Shown here: piece after piece, positions 32,828 to 44,290 of the stretch
Layout of the letters: every line of letters starts with the position of its first letter
How positions within the stretch are numbered: position 1 is the stretch's first letter
NCBI GenBank assembly: GCA_026981985.1
Contig: JALSHZ010000114.1
Span: 74,428-138,427, forward strand
Source of the DNA: Gammaproteobacteria bacterium
Lineage (GTDB): Bacteria > Pseudomonadota > Gammaproteobacteria > UWMA-0217
DNA length: 64,000 nt
Direction: 5' to 3'
Program-made: the position numbers and the translations under genes
The notes under the pieces: generated by a model
The model's input: only the letters and a program-made list of their open reading frames with translations
Database searches by the model: none
What the model was told of the DNA's origin: nothing

Positions 32828-33093
32828 GCTGGCGTGTCGCTGCGGTCTGGTTGCTGGCATTTGCGGTCGTGATCACCGCCTTTGGCGTGGTGGTCAGTCG
32901 CCAAAATGCGCGTCAGGCATATAAGGAGCTGGTTCGTCTGGAGCAGGTTCGCGATGAACTTGAGGTGGAGTGGGGGCGGCTGCAGCTGGAGCTGGGAGCG
33001 CAAGGCACACTCGCGCGTGTCGAAAGCAAGGCACGCAACGAGCTGGGCATGACAATGCCCGCCATTGGCGATGCAGTGATGGTGTTGCCATGA
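32824..33093 (+). CDS. ftsL: Cell division protein FtsL, 89 aa
   Basis: A small bitopic protein (one TM segment plus a coiled coil) between rsmH and ftsI, with ATGA overlaps on both sides. Confidence 0.75.
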   Translation: MSWRVAAVWLLAFAVVITAFGVVVSRQNARQAYKELVRLEQVRDELEVEWGRLQLELGAQGTLARVESKARNELGMTMPAIGDAVMVLP

Positions 33094-34808
33094 AAAAGCA
33101 ACAGCAGAAGAATCAGATCGACAATCCGATCTATCCCTGGCGTCGCTATGCTGTGTTGACCTTGTTCATTGCCGGCATGGGGCTGCTGGCAGCACGGGCG
33201 GTTGAGTTGCAGGTTTTTCAGCATGACTTTCTCAGCAAGAAAGGCTTGCGCAGCCAAACGCGTGTCGTCGAGATTCCTGCGCACCGTGGCGATATTCTCG
33301 ACCGCTCAGGTGAGCCGCTGGCGATTTCCACACCGGTCGATTCCATTTGGGTCGATCCACGCAAGATAGAGCTGACCGATCGGGCTGTTAAAGGCTTGGC
33401 GAGCCTGCTGAAGATGCGTGAAACCGATATCGTGAAAAAAGTCGAGACCGCGCGTGCAAAGGGTAAGGGGTTTATCTATCTCAAACGTCAGTTGACGCCG
33501 GAACTGGCCAAGGCAGTGCTTGGGCTTGGTGTTCGTGGTGTCGGTGCGCAGCGCGAATACCGTCGTTTCTATCCGATGGGTGAGGTTTTCGGTCACGTGG
33601 TTGGCTTTACCGGTATCGATGATCAGGGGCTGGAAGGCATTGAACTGGCCTATGATGACTGGTTGCGCGGCGAGCCGGGTGCCAGGCGGGTGGTACGCGA
33701 AGGCCGTGGCGGTGTGATCGATGATGTCGAGCTGATTTCCCCGGCGCACCCCGGTAAGCCATTGACGCTGAGTATCGATGGTCGCATTCAGTATCTGGCT
33801 TACCGTGAACTCAAGGCCGCCATTAAGCGTCACAAGGCTGATTCCGGCTCTGTCGTGGTGCTTGATCCGCATACTGGCGAGGTGTTGGCAATGGTCAATC
33901 AGCCTGCGTTCAACCCCAATGACCGACACCAGCGCAAGGGTGAGCGGACCCGCAATCGCGCGGTCACCGATGTATTCGAGCCGGGCTCCACCGCCAAGCC
34001 ATTTACCATCGCCGCCGCGCTAGAGGCTGGAGGCTGGGAGGCGAACACTATTGTGGATACGGGGCCTGGTCACTATCGCGTGGGTGGTTACACCATCAAG
34101 GATTCGAAAAATCACGGCAAGATCGATCTGAGCGAGATCATCAGTCAGTCGAGCAATGTCGGTGCCAGCAAGGTTGCCTTGCAGCTTGAAGCGATGGATC
34201 TGTATGCAGTGTTCGAACGTGTCGGCTTTGGTGTCAGCACCGGGAGTGGCCTGCCGGGAGAGGTGGGTGGTGTCTTGCGTAACTGGGCCAACTGGTATCC
34301 GGCGGACCAGGCAACCCTCTCTTTTGGGTATGGCTTTTCGGCCACGACATTGCAGTTGGCGCAGGCTTATGCGGTGCTGGCTGCTGATGGTGTGCGGCAT
34401 CCGGTGACCCTGGTCAAGGGGCAGGCCGCGGTTGAGCCGGAACGGGTGCTGTCAGCGGCGACGGCGCGCAAGGTCAGGGCAATGATGGAGCGGGTGATAC
34501 AGCCCAGCGGTACGGGTTATCGTGCTGCCATTGAAGGCTATCGTGTTGCTGGCAAAACGGGGACCGCGAAAAAGCTTGTCAAGGGTGTCTACTCCGAAGA
34601 TGCCTATACGGCAGTCTTTGCCGGCATGGCGCCAGCTGCTGCCCCGCGTCTGGTCGCAGTTGTTGTTATTCATCACCCCCGCCAAGGCGGCTTTTATGGT
34701 GGTGAGGTGGCGGCACCGGTATTCTCGAAGATCATGACGCGTGCACTGCGCTTTCTCAACGTTGTTCCTGATGACATGCTGCGCCAGCCGAAGGGGGCAC
34801 AAGTATGA
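33090..34808 (+). CDS. ftsI: Peptidoglycan D,D-transpeptidase FtsI (PBP3). The ATG at 33090 gives MKKQQQKNQ...
   Basis: SxxK (STAKP), SxN and KTGT motifs. It overlaps ftsL by ATGA. Confidence 0.9.
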   Translation: MKKQQQKNQIDNPIYPWRRYAVLTLFIAGMGLLAARAVELQVFQHDFLSKKGLRSQTRVVEIPAHRGDILDRSGEPLAISTPVDSIWVDPRKIELTDRAVKGLASLLKMRETDIVKKVETARAKGKGFIYLKRQLTPELAKAVLGLGVRGVGAQREYRRFYPMGEVFGHVVGFTGIDDQGLEGIELAYDDWLRGEPGARRVVREGRGGVIDDVELISPAHPGKPLTLSIDGRIQYLAYRELKAAIKRHKADSGSVVVLDPHTGEVLAMVNQPAFNPNDRHQRKGERTRNRAVTDVFEPGSTAKPFTIAAALEAGGWEANTIVDTGPGHYRVGGYTIKDSKNHGKIDLSEIISQSSNVGASKVALQLEAMDLYAVFERVGFGVSTGSGLPGEVGGVLRNWANWYPADQATLSFGYGFSATTLQLAQAYAVLAADGVRHPVTLVKGQAAVEPERVLSAATARKVRAMMERVIQPSGTGYRAAIEGYRVAGKTGTAKKLVKGVYSEDAYTAVFAGMAPAAAPRLVAVVVIHHPRQGGFYGGEVAAPVFSKIMTRALRFLNVVPDDMLRQPKGAQV

Positions 34809-36301
34809 TGTCGGGTCTGCATCTTTCATCGCTACCGCGGCTGGCGGATCTGCTGCCTGATATTGTCGTGCCGTCGGCAGACAATCCCGAAATCAGCGGC
34901 ATTGCGATGGACAGTCGCTCGGTACGCCCAGGCTTTCTGTTTCTGGCCTGTAAGGGCTTGAGGTCGCACGGGATGATGTTTGCTGCGGATGCCATTGCCC
35001 AAGGCGCCGCCGCCGTTGCCTGGGAGCCGGACGGTGTCGAAGGTGCCAACCTGCCACTGCCTGCGATTCGTGTGGAGCGGCTGGGTGAACGGGCTGGTGA
35101 GATCGCGGCACGCTTCTATGGTCGCCCGTCTGAGCAGTTGGATGTCATTGGTATCACCGGTACCAATGGAAAGACTTCGATAGCGCACTATCTGGCGCAG
35201 TCGCTCGATCGCCCCGAAGCCCGCGCCGGCATCATCGGTACGCTCGGCGTTGGTCTCTATGGTGAAGCCGTCTCTTCTGCGCACACTACGCCGGATGTGG
35301 TTTCCAATCATCGCCTGCTGGCCGAGTTCCTGCGCCGCGGGGCAGCGACTGTAGCAATGGAGGTTTCATCTCATGCGCTCGACCAGGGACGCGTCAATGC
35401 GCTGCACTTCAATACCGCCGTGTTCACCAATCTGAGCCATGACCATCTTGACTACCACGGCAGTCTTGATGCCTATGCTGCCGCCAAGCGCAAGCTCTTT
35501 ACCTGGCCGGGTCTGGAATCGGTGGTCATCAATGCGGATGACGCGGTGGGTGCCGAGCTGTTGCAGCAACTGCCATCGACTGTGCGCCGGGTTGCCTGCT
35601 CGTTGCGTGGGCCGATGGACGATCTGTTATCCGTCTGGGCGGACAATATCGAAGCGACCGCTATTGGCATGGCCTTCGATCTGCGCACACCTTGGGGCGA
35701 GGGGCGGGTGCAGAGTCGGCTGGTGGCACGCTTCAATGTGGCGAACTTGCTGGAGACGGCGGCAGTATTACTGCTGCGTGGCGAAGACTTCGCCTCGGTC
35801 GTTCAGCGTCTGGAGCAGCTGCGCCCTGTCGCTGGCCGCATGGAAACCTTTGGCGGTGACGGTCAGCCATTGGTCATCATCGACTATGCGCACACGCCCG
35901 ATGCGCTGCAGCAAGCACTGCAAGCTGCTCGCGCCCATGCTGCCGATCGGGTGATCTGTGTGTTTGGCTGTGGTGGTGATCGTGATGCCGCTAAGCGGCC
36001 TGAGATGGGGCGTATTGCCGAATCGCTGGCCGATATCGCCATCATCACCAATGACAACCCGCGTGGCGAAGCAGCTGAGCAGATCGTGGCCGATATCCGC
36101 AATGGACTGAGTGCGCCTGATCTGCTGCCCGTCATGCTCGACCGCAAGGCGGCCATTGAAGCGGCACTGTCGCTGGCAGGTGCCGACGACGTGGTGCTGA
36201 TCGCCGGCAAGGGACACGAGGATTACCAGATCATCGGCAAGCAGCGCTTCCCGTTCAGTGACCGTGCAATTGTGGCTGAATGGCTGGAGGCGCGGTCATG
36301 A
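34805..36301 (+). CDS. murE: UDP-N-acetylmuramoyl-L-alanyl-D-glutamate--2,6-diaminopimelate ligase
   Basis: Mur ligase motifs GITGTNGKTS and the DNPR motif (NDNPRGE). Confidence 0.9.
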   Translation: MMSGLHLSSLPRLADLLPDIVVPSADNPEISGIAMDSRSVRPGFLFLACKGLRSHGMMFAADAIAQGAAAVAWEPDGVEGANLPLPAIRVERLGERAGEIAARFYGRPSEQLDVIGITGTNGKTSIAHYLAQSLDRPEARAGIIGTLGVGLYGEAVSSAHTTPDVVSNHRLLAEFLRRGAATVAMEVSSHALDQGRVNALHFNTAVFTNLSHDHLDYHGSLDAYAAAKRKLFTWPGLESVVINADDAVGAELLQQLPSTVRRVACSLRGPMDDLLSVWADNIEATAIGMAFDLRTPWGEGRVQSRLVARFNVANLLETAAVLLLRGEDFASVVQRLEQLRPVAGRMETFGGDGQPLVIIDYAHTPDALQQALQAARAHAADRVICVFGCGGDRDAAKRPEMGRIAESLADIAIITNDNPRGEAAEQIVADIRNGLSAPDLLPVMLDRKAAIEAALSLAGADDVVLIAGKGHEDYQIIGKQRFPFSDRAIVAEWLEARS

Positions 36302-37662
36302 GCTGGCTGATGCTGTCGGATGTGGCGCAGATGCTCGGTGGTCAGGTGCATGGCGAGGATGTCGCGCTCGAACAGGTATCGACCGATACACGTAGCGCCA
36401 CAGCCGGTGCGCTCTTTTTCGCGCTGCAAGGGCCGAACTTCGATGCCCATGAGGTGCTTGATCAGCAGCCCGATCTGCCGTTGGCCGCATTGGTGCTGAG
36501 CCGTCCAGTAAATCATCCGGCATCCTATGTACTGGTGGAGGATACTCGCGAGGCGCTGGGGTGGCTGGCCGCAGCCTGGCGTCAGCGGCTCGACCTTCGT
36601 GTGATAGGGCTGACTGGCAGCAACGGCAAGACTACTGTCAAGGAGATGGTGGCCAGCATCTGCTCCCGCCGCGGAGCGACTTTGGCGACGCTGGGCAACT
36701 TGAACAACGACATTGGTGTGCCGCTGACGCTGCTGCGGCTGCGCTCCGAACATGATTTCGCCGTGATCGAGATGGGTGCGAATCATGTGGGTGAAATCGC
36801 GTATCTCACCGAGCTGGTGAAGCCGGATGTTGCGCTGCTGATCAATGCGACGGCGGCGCATTTGGAAGGCTTCGGCTCGATCGAGGCGGTGGCGCAGGCC
36901 AAGGGCGAGATTTTCACTGGTCTCGATGACAGGGGTGTTGCCATCATCAATGCCGACTCCCCCTTCGCTGCCCAGTGGGAAGAATTGAACCATGAGCGTC
37001 AGGTGGTACTGTTCGGCGAGGCTGAGCGCGCCCATTGCCGTGTCGTCGATATGGCTGCCGCTAGGCTTGATTTGCATGGTGAGTGGATTGCCCCCGCGCT
37101 CCAGCTGGTGGGCCGGCACAATGTATTGAATGCCGCCGCCGCAGCGGCGGCTGCGCTGGCTGCGGGTGTTGATGCCAACGCGGTTTTGGAAGGACTGGAA
37201 GCGGTCGAGCCGGTTTCCGGCCGGCTGCGCCAGATCGCGGGGCCACGCGGCGCCACGCTGATCGATGACAGCTACAACGCCAATCCAGCATCCTTGCAAG
37301 CGGCGATCGACGTTCTTGCGGGGTGTGCCGGCCGGCGTTATCTCGTGCTGGGCGACATGGCGGAGCTGGGTGATGAAGCCAGTGAGTGTCATGTGGCCAT
37401 CGGTGAGTATGCACGAGAGCAGGGGCTGGATGGCTTGTTCTCGCTGGGGCCGCTCAGTGCGCTGGCCGCAGAAGCTTTTGGTGCTGGCGCTGTGGCGTTC
37501 GATTCGCTGGACGCCCTGGTGGCGCATCTGGTGACGTTACTGGCAGAGGATGTCACGCTGCTGATCAAGGGCTCACGCTCGGCCGCCATGGAACGCGTGC
37601 TCACTGCACTGACAAACGCTTCCGGCAACGGAAACAATGGGGAGAAAAGCCATGCTGCTTAG
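36298..37662 (+). CDS. murF: UDP-MurNAc-tripeptide--D-alanyl-D-alanine ligase (start at the ATGA overlap with murE)
   Basis: [11 protein letters not shown]-loop, with position and size matching murF. Confidence 0.9.
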   Translation: MSWLMLSDVAQMLGGQVHGEDVALEQVSTDTRSATAGALFFALQGPNFDAHEVLDQQPDLPLAALVLSRPVNHPASYVLVEDTREALGWLAAAWRQRLDLRVIGLTGSNGKTTVKEMVASICSRRGATLATLGNLNNDIGVPLTLLRLRSEHDFAVIEMGANHVGEIAYLTELVKPDVALLINATAAHLEGFGSIEAVAQAKGEIFTGLDDRGVAIINADSPFAAQWEELNHERQVVLFGEAERAHCRVVDMAAARLDLHGEWIAPALQLVGRHNVLNAAAAAAAALAAGVDANAVLEGLEAVEPVSGRLRQIAGPRGATLIDDSYNANPASLQAAIDVLAGCAGRRYLVLGDMAELGDEASECHVAIGEYAREQGLDGLFSLGPLSALAAEAFGAGAVAFDSLDALVAHLVTLLAEDVTLLIKGSRSAAMERVLTALTNASGNGNNGEKSHAA

Positions 37663-38734
37663 TCTGCTGGATTATCTCACCCAGTTTCACAGTGGTTTCC
37701 GTGCCTTTGAATTCATTACCATGCGCGCCATCATGGGTGTGCTGACGTCACTGGTCATCTCGCTGCTGTTTGGCCCCTGGCTGATTCGCCGGTTGACGGG
37801 AGCCAAGATCGGTCAGCCGGTGCGTGACGATGGGCCGGAAAGTCATTTCTCGAAGGCGGGTACGCCGACGATGGGCGGTTTGCTGATCCTGGTGTCGATT
37901 GCCATCTCGACACTGTTGTGGAGTGACTTGACCAACCGTTATGTCTGGGTTGTGTTGCTGGTAACGCTGGGTTTTGGTCTGGTCGGTGGTATCGACGACT
38001 ATCAGAAACTGCGCTATGGCAACTCGAAGGGCATCTCCGCGAAAGCGAAGCTGTTCGGGCAGTCGGTGATTGCGTTGGCTGCCGCGACCTTTCTCTATAT
38101 GACAGCGGATAATCCTGCCGAACTGACGCTGCTGTTCCCGGTGTTCAAGGAGTGGCAGATCTATCTCGGCGTGTTCTACATTCCCTGGGTGTTTCTGGTC
38201 GTTGTTGGTGCCAGCAATGCGGTGAACCTGACCGATGGCCTCGACGGCCTGGCGATCATGCCGACCGTGCTGGTGGCTTCCGCGCTGGGCGCGATTGCTT
38301 ACTTCACCGGCCACTTCAGGTTTGCCGACTATCTGAACATTCCCTTTATCAGTGGTGTTGGTGAGATCGCAGTATTTTGCGCAGCGATGGTCGGCGCCGG
38401 GCTCGGGTTTCTCTGGTTCAACACCTATCCAGCCCAGGTGTTCATGGGCGATATCGGTGCCCTGGCGCTCGGTGCGGCGCTTGGTATCGTTGCTGTGATC
38501 AGTCGCCACGAATTGGTGCTCTTCATCATGGGCGGCGTGTTCGTCATGGAGGCTGTGTCGGTGATGATGCAGGTGGCCTCCTTCAAGCTGACCGGCAAGC
38601 GGATCTTTCGCATGGCCCCGATTCACCATCATTTCGAGCTGAAGGGTTGGCCGGAGCCACGGGTCATCGTGCGCTTCTGGATCATCACACTGATCCTTGT
38701 GCTGATTGGCTTTGCCACGTTGAAGGTGAGGTGA
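37652..38734 (+). CDS. mraY: Phospho-N-acetylmuramoyl-pentapeptide transferase. Start at 37652 (MLLSLLDYL...), preceded by GGAGA.
   Basis: The C-terminus ...[20 protein letters not shown] is near-identical to E. coli MraY, with about 10 TM helices. Confidence 0.9.
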   Translation: MLLSLLDYLTQFHSGFRAFEFITMRAIMGVLTSLVISLLFGPWLIRRLTGAKIGQPVRDDGPESHFSKAGTPTMGGLLILVSIAISTLLWSDLTNRYVWVVLLVTLGFGLVGGIDDYQKLRYGNSKGISAKAKLFGQSVIALAAATFLYMTADNPAELTLLFPVFKEWQIYLGVFYIPWVFLVVVGASNAVNLTDGLDGLAIMPTVLVASALGAIAYFTGHFRFADYLNIPFISGVGEIAVFCAAMVGAGLGFLWFNTYPAQVFMGDIGALALGAALGIVAVISRHELVLFIMGGVFVMEAVSVMMQVASFKLTGKRIFRMAPIHHHFELKGWPEPRVIVRFWIITLILVLIGFATLKVR

Positions 38735-38738
38735 GCAG

Positions 38739-39938
38739 ATGCCAATGAATCATCACGCTTCACCGGGTTTCTTCACGCTGCGGTTGCAGCAGCCGTTCGA
38801 CACCAGCCTGTTCATTGCGGTTGCGCTACTGGTTGGGCTGGGCCTGGTCATGGTGGCTTCGGCCTCAATTGGTATTGCCGACTCGAAATACCACAATCCG
38901 CTGCACTTCATTCTGCGCCAAAGCATCTATGTCGCGTTGGGGGCCGGTTTTGGCTGGATGATGTATCACATTCCACTGCGTTTTTGGGAAACCGCCGGGT
39001 TGGTGCTGTTGCCGGTGTCATTCCTGTTGCTGGTCGTGGTGCTGATTCCCGGCGTTGGCAAGACAGTGAACGGTGCTACCCGTTGGGTCATGCTTGGTCC
39101 GTTCAGTCTGCAGCCGTCCGAGTTCGTTAAGTTGCTGATGGTGCTCTATACCGCCAGCTATATTGTGCGTCATGGCGAAGCTTTGCGAGGTACACTGACA
39201 GGCTTCATCAAGCCACTGTTGGTGGTCGGTGCGACGACCGCATTATTGCTGTTAGAGCCGGATTTTGGCGCGGCCGCCGTCATTCTGTTGGTGACGATGG
39301 GTATGTTGTTTGTGGGCGGTGTGCGGTTCCTGCAGTTTATCGGCCTGTTTGCGGCCGTGGCTGCTGTGTTTGCGGTGCTCGCCATTACCTCGCCCTATCG
39401 GATGCAGCGTTTGACGAGTTTCCTCGACCCCTGGCAAGACCCTTACAACACGGGTTTTCAGCTCACTCAGTCGCTGATTGCAATTGGCTCAGGGTCTTGG
39501 GATGGGGTTGGTCTGGGTAGCAGTGTGCAGAAACTCGCCTATCTGCCGGAAGCACACAACGACTTCATGTTTGCAATTCTTGCCGAGGAACTGGGTCTGA
39601 TCGGTGTCTTCGTGGTGTTGCTACTGTTTGTCTATGCGGTATTGCGCAGTTTTTCGATTGGCGCCAGGGCGGAGCGTATCGGCCACTATTTCGGCGCCTA
39701 CGTCGCTTACGGGATCGGGCTGTGGCTTGGCATCCAGGCGTTCGTCAATATCGGCGTCAACATGGGCGTGTTGCCAACGAAAGGTCTGACGTTGCCATTC
39801 ATGAGCGCCGGCGGCAGTTCAATGCTGGCGATGTGCGCTGCGGTGGGGGTATTGCTCCGCGTGCACAGTGAAATCCATGCGTTGGAGCAGAAGGGCATTC
39901 GCAGCCGCAGCAGAAAGGACAAGGGGGCGGGCAAATGA
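38739..39938 (+). CDS. ftsW: Peptidoglycan glycosyltransferase FtsW (SEDS family)
   Basis: Polytopic membrane protein with the SEDS signatures ...PSEF.K... and PEAHNDFMFAILAEELG. Confidence 0.9.
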   Translation: MPMNHHASPGFFTLRLQQPFDTSLFIAVALLVGLGLVMVASASIGIADSKYHNPLHFILRQSIYVALGAGFGWMMYHIPLRFWETAGLVLLPVSFLLLVVVLIPGVGKTVNGATRWVMLGPFSLQPSEFVKLLMVLYTASYIVRHGEALRGTLTGFIKPLLVVGATTALLLLEPDFGAAAVILLVTMGMLFVGGVRFLQFIGLFAAVAAVFAVLAITSPYRMQRLTSFLDPWQDPYNTGFQLTQSLIAIGSGSWDGVGLGSSVQKLAYLPEAHNDFMFAILAEELGLIGVFVVLLLFVYAVLRSFSIGARAERIGHYFGAYVAYGIGLWLGIQAFVNIGVNMGVLPTKGLTLPFMSAGGSSMLAMCAAVGVLLRVHSEIHALEQKGIRSRSRKDKGAGK

Positions 39939-41038
39939 CTGCGCCAATGCTGATCATGGCGGGTGGTACCGGTGGTCATATCTTCCCCGCGCTGGCGGTG
40001 GCCGATGAACTGCGCCGTTGTGACGTGCCGGTGATCTGGCTAGGCTCCCGTGGTGGTATGGAAACGAGAATTGTTCCTGAGCATGGTATTCCCATCGTCG
40101 CGCTGCGGGTCAAGGGTTTGCGGGGCAAGGGGCTGCTGACGTTGTTGCTGGCACCGTTCAAGTTGTCGTTTGCCGTGATTGAGGCTGCACGTGCGATTTT
40201 GCGCTATCAGCCGCAGGCGGTGCTCGGTCTCGGTGGGTTTGCCTCGGGGCCAGGTGGAATCGCCGCCTGGATTCTGCGCAAACCGGTATTCATCCATGAG
40301 CAAAACGCAATATCTGGTATGACTAACCGATGGCTGGCACGAATTAGCCGATGTGTGATGCTGGGTTTTCCACAAGGATTTCGTACAGTAGCAACCACTC
40401 GTCCGGTAATTTTTACCGGAAATCCGGTCAGAAGCGAGATCGTTGCCCTGCCGCCAGCAGAAACACGGCTGGCGGATCGTGGTGGCTCCATTCGCCTGCT
40501 GGTGATTGGCGGCAGTCTTGGCGCATTGAAGTTGAATACGATGCTGGCGCCAGCGGTTGCGAAAATTCGCGACGCGGAGATCGAGATTTGGCACCAGTGC
40601 GGTGCGCGTCACCTGGACGCAACCCGCCGTGCCTACGACGATGCGGGCATGAGCGCACGCATCGAACCTTTTATCGATGATATGGCTGGAGCCTACGGAT
40701 GGGCCGATCTGGTTGTGGCAAGGGCGGGAGCACTGACGGTGGCTGAGCTGATTCAGGTTGGCGTCGCTGCGGTGCTCGTGCCTTACCCGTATGCGGTCGA
40801 TGATCACCAGACGGCCAATGCGCGTGTCCTTGTCGAAGCGGGTGCTGCAAAGCTGCTGGCTGATGGCGAGCTGACTGCCGAGACACTCGCGGGTCAACTG
40901 CAACCGCTCGTTACCGATCGTAGCAAGCTGTTTGCCATGGCCACGGCTGCAGCACCGCTGCGGACACCCACGGCGGCACGCCATGTCGCCGAGGTCTGCC
41001 TGCGCGAACGCCGCTGTGACGAGGAGGTGCGCCCATGA
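39935..41038 (+). CDS. murG: UDP-GlcNAc:undecaprenyl-PP-MurNAc-pentapeptide GlcNAc transferase
   Basis: The N-terminus [18 protein letters not shown] is the MurG G-loop 1. Confidence 0.9.
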   Translation: MTAPMLIMAGGTGGHIFPALAVADELRRCDVPVIWLGSRGGMETRIVPEHGIPIVALRVKGLRGKGLLTLLLAPFKLSFAVIEAARAILRYQPQAVLGLGGFASGPGGIAAWILRKPVFIHEQNAISGMTNRWLARISRCVMLGFPQGFRTVATTRPVIFTGNPVRSEIVALPPAETRLADRGGSIRLLVIGGSLGALKLNTMLAPAVAKIRDAEIEIWHQCGARHLDATRRAYDDAGMSARIEPFIDDMAGAYGWADLVVARAGALTVAELIQVGVAAVLVPYPYAVDDHQTANARVLVEAGAAKLLADGELTAETLAGQLQPLVTDRSKLFAMATAAAPLRTPTAARHVAEVCLRERRCDEEVRP

Positions 41039-42459
41039 GGCCGATTGCTGATTCCGCGCTCGCACAGCGTATCAAGCGCATTCATTTTGTCGGTATCGGT
41101 GGCTCCGGGATGGGTGGCATCGCCGAGGTGCTGATCAATCTGGGCTACAAGGTCAGTGGTTCCGATCTTGCCGACAACGCGGTAACGCGCCGTCTGGAGG
41201 CACTGGGCGCGACCATTCACAAGGGGCATGCGGCGGAACTGGTCGATGGTGCTTCCGTGGTGGTGATCTCCAGTGCGGTCAAGGATGACAATCCCGAAGT
41301 GGTCGCTGCACGCGAGCAGCGCATCCCGGTGATTCCTCGCGCCGAGATGCTCGCCGAGCTGATGCGCTTCCGCGAGAGCATCGCTGTGGCGGGTACCCAT
41401 GGCAAGACGACCACCACCAGCCTGTTGGCCAGCATTCTCGCCGAAGGTGGGTTAGACCCGACCTTTGTCATTGGCGGCCGCCTCAACAGCACAGCCAGCC
41501 ATTCGCGTCTCGGCAATGGGCGCTACCTCGTCGCCGAGGCCGATGAAAGCGATGCCTCTTTCCTCCATCTGCTGCCGGTGATGGCCATCGTCACCAATAT
41601 CGATGCCGATCACTTGTCGACCTATGGCGGTGATTTTGCGCGTTTGCGAGACGTTTTCGTCGAGTTTCTGCACAACATGCCGTTTTACGGACTGGCTGTG
41701 GTGTGCCTCGATGATCCGGGTGTGCAGGACATTCTGCCGCGCGTCACCCGGCCGTTGCTGACCTATGGCATCGATACTGAAGCCGACCTTCGCGCCTACG
41801 ATATCCACTATGCCGGTGCCGGTAGCCGTTTCAAGGTCGATTTGCCAGGCCGTGATGCACCGCTGGAGGTAAGCCTCAATATGCCGGGCAGGCACAATGT
41901 ACTGAATGCGCTGGCTGCGATCGGCATCTCGCTACAGCTGGGGTTGACGGATCAGGCCATCCAGCGCGCATTGGCCGGTTTTCAGGGTGTTGGTCGCCGC
42001 TTTCAGATTGCGGGCGAGTTTCCGACCAGCGCCGGCTCGCTGATGCTGGTCGATGACTATGGGCATCACCCGACCGAGGTGGCGGCAACATTGGCTGCCG
42101 TGCGCACCGCGTGGCCGGAGCGTCGCAATGTATTGATTTTCCAGCCGCACCGTTATACCCGGACGCGTGATTTGTTCGAGGATTTCACCCGCGTGCTGAG
42201 TGAGGCGGATGTGCTGCTGGTGCTGGAGGTCTATGCCGCCAACGAGACGCCCATTCCTGGTGCCGACAGCCGAACGCTGTGTCGCGCCATTCGTGCTCGT
42301 GGCAAGACCGATCCGGTATTTGTCGAGAATGTAGAGGAGCTTCACGCCACGCTGCTCGATGTAGCGCGTGACGGCGATATCGTCATTACGCAGGGGGCCG
42401 GCAGTGTGGGCGCACTGTCGGCCGATCTGGTCGAACAGCTCAAGGGGGGCAGTCAATGA
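41035..42459 (+). CDS. murC: UDP-N-acetylmuramate--L-alanine ligase
   Basis: [19 protein letters not shown]-terminus and the [11 protein letters not shown]-loop. Confidence 0.9.
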   Translation: MRPIADSALAQRIKRIHFVGIGGSGMGGIAEVLINLGYKVSGSDLADNAVTRRLEALGATIHKGHAAELVDGASVVVISSAVKDDNPEVVAAREQRIPVIPRAEMLAELMRFRESIAVAGTHGKTTTTSLLASILAEGGLDPTFVIGGRLNSTASHSRLGNGRYLVAEADESDASFLHLLPVMAIVTNIDADHLSTYGGDFARLRDVFVEFLHNMPFYGLAVVCLDDPGVQDILPRVTRPLLTYGIDTEADLRAYDIHYAGAGSRFKVDLPGRDAPLEVSLNMPGRHNVLNALAAIGISLQLGLTDQAIQRALAGFQGVGRRFQIAGEFPTSAGSLMLVDDYGHHPTEVAATLAAVRTAWPERRNVLIFQPHRYTRTRDLFEDFTRVLSEADVLLVLEVYAANETPIPGADSRTLCRAIRARGKTDPVFVENVEELHATLLDVARDGDIVITQGAGSVGALSADLVEQLKGGSQ

Positions 42460-43430
42460 AAGCACGGACACCGCAAGCGTTTGGCAGGGTAGCCGTGTTG
42501 ATGGGCGGGTGGTCGTCGGAGCGGGAGATCTCGCTTCGTGGTGGCACTGCGGTACTGGAAGCCCTGCGCTCGAAGGGTGTCGATGCGGTTGGGGTCGATG
42601 TCGACCGCAATATCGATCAGACACTGCGGGCGGGGCGTTTCGATCGCGTGTTCAACCTGCTGCATGGCCCAGGTGGCGAGGATGGTGTGATTCAGGGGTT
42701 GCTCGATATTCTGGCGCTGCCGTACACCGGCAGTGGCGTGGCAGCATCTGCGCTGACCATGGATAAGGTGATGACCAAGCGTGTCTGGCAGTCCGCAGGA
42801 TTGCCAACACCCGCGTTCCGCGAACTCGGGCCCGACAGTGACTGGCGGGACGTGGTGTCAGCATTGGGCCTGCCACTGATCGTCAAGCCGGCCTGCGAGG
42901 GGTCCAGCATTGGCATGAGCAAGGTGATGACGCTCGAAGCGCTGCCGGCGGCCTGGGAGAAAGCCGCGCGTACGGGCCACCGGGTGCTTGCCGAACAATG
43001 GATTCGTGGCGGCGAATACACCGTCGCGATCGTGGGTGATCAGGCCTTGCCACTGATCAAGGTGGAGACGCCGCACAGCTTTTATGACTTCGATGCCAAG
43101 TACAGCTCCGATCACACCAAGTATCTCTGCCCCTGCGGTCTTGACTATGTCGAGGAGGATGTCTTGCAGAAGTTGAGCCTGGAGGCTTTCAGGCTGTTGG
43201 GCTGCACGGGCTGGGGGCGCGTGGACCTGATGCTGGACAACAATCACCAGCCCTGGCTGATCGAGGTCAATACCGTGCCGGGCATGACCAGTCATAGCCT
43301 GGTGCCGAAAGCCGCGGCAGCGATAGGTGTCGATTTTGCGACGCTGGTGCTGCATATCCTGGAGCTGACATTGAGTGACAGCATGCCAATGAATACGGAC
43401 AACGGGGAGGATTTGCGTCATGCCGGCTAA
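42456..43430 (+). CDS. ddl: D-alanine--D-alanine ligase
   Basis: ATP-grasp fold with [15 protein letters not shown] near the N-terminus and a ...EVNTVPGMT... C-terminal motif. Confidence 0.9.
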   Translation: MKARTPQAFGRVAVLMGGWSSEREISLRGGTAVLEALRSKGVDAVGVDVDRNIDQTLRAGRFDRVFNLLHGPGGEDGVIQGLLDILALPYTGSGVAASALTMDKVMTKRVWQSAGLPTPAFRELGPDSDWRDVVSALGLPLIVKPACEGSSIGMSKVMTLEALPAAWEKAARTGHRVLAEQWIRGGEYTVAIVGDQALPLIKVETPHSFYDFDAKYSSDHTKYLCPCGLDYVEEDVLQKLSLEAFRLLGCTGWGRVDLMLDNNHQPWLIEVNTVPGMTSHSLVPKAAAAIGVDFATLVLHILELTLSDSMPMNTDNGEDLRHAG

Positions 43431-44244
43431 ACGCCGACGTGCCACCAAGCGGGGCAGGCAGGCCAGGCGCCGTAGGCACTGGGATCTGCGTGCGCGTCTG
43501 CTGATGTTGCAGCGGTGGTTGCGACCGGCGTTGATATCGTTACTGATATTGGTGGCAGCGACTGGTGGCTGGCACAGCTATCAATGGTTGATGCAGCCGA
43601 CGACTTTGCCGATCCGCAGCGTGACGTTGGCGGGTGAGCTGAGACATGTGGCGCCGCAGGATTTGCAGGCCTTGTTGCGAGACGAAGTCGGGCAGGGCTT
43701 TTTTGGTGTCGACTTGGCGGCGATCAAGCGCAAGGTCGAAAGTTTGCCGTGGGTTTACCAGGCTTCACTGCGGCGAATCTGGCCTGACCGTTTGCAGGTG
43801 ACCATCGAGGAGCAACGACCGATCGCCCGCTGGGGCGACGAAGCCTTGGTCAATCGATATGGCGATATTTTTCAGGCACCTGTTGCGTCGGAAAACATGG
43901 AGTTGCCGGTGATCATGGGGCGTCGCGACCGTTGCAAGGTACTGATCAAGGATTTTACGAGCGCCGACGAACTGCTGTACCCGCTCGGCTTGAAGCTGGT
44001 GTCGTTAAGTGAAGACGAGCGGGGCGACCAGCGATTGCTGCTGGCGAATGGCACTCGCCTGGCGCTTGGGCGGAAGCATCGGCAGGAGCGTCTGCAGCGC
44101 TTTGTCGCTTCCTATCGCAATACCTTGCAGCCATTGATTGCTGACGTCGCCCGGTTCGATTTGCGTTACCCGAATGGTTTCGCGGTGAAATGGAAGGAAG
44201 GCATGCTCAGAACGGGGGCGCTCGCCAATGGTGGCGCGTCGTGA
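43420..44244 (+). CDS. ftsQ: Cell division protein FtsQ
   Basis: Basic N-terminus, a single TM segment and POTRA-like layout, in the ddl-ftsQ-ftsA position. Confidence 0.8.
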   Translation: MPAKRRRATKRGRQARRRRHWDLRARLLMLQRWLRPALISLLILVAATGGWHSYQWLMQPTTLPIRSVTLAGELRHVAPQDLQALLRDEVGQGFFGVDLAAIKRKVESLPWVYQASLRRIWPDRLQVTIEEQRPIARWGDEALVNRYGDIFQAPVASENMELPVIMGRRDRCKVLIKDFTSADELLYPLGLKLVSLSEDERGDQRLLLANGTRLALGRKHRQERLQRFVASYRNTLQPLIADVARFDLRYPNGFAVKWKEGMLRTGALANGGAS

Positions 44245-44290
44245 TCATTGCGTCATTGCGTCATTCGGGTGAGCGAACAAGGGGAAGTCT

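Noticed and set aside
36223-37527. 434-aa minus-strand ORF
   Set aside because: It lies fully inside murF on the opposite strand. Long antisense ORFs are expected at 60%+ GC.
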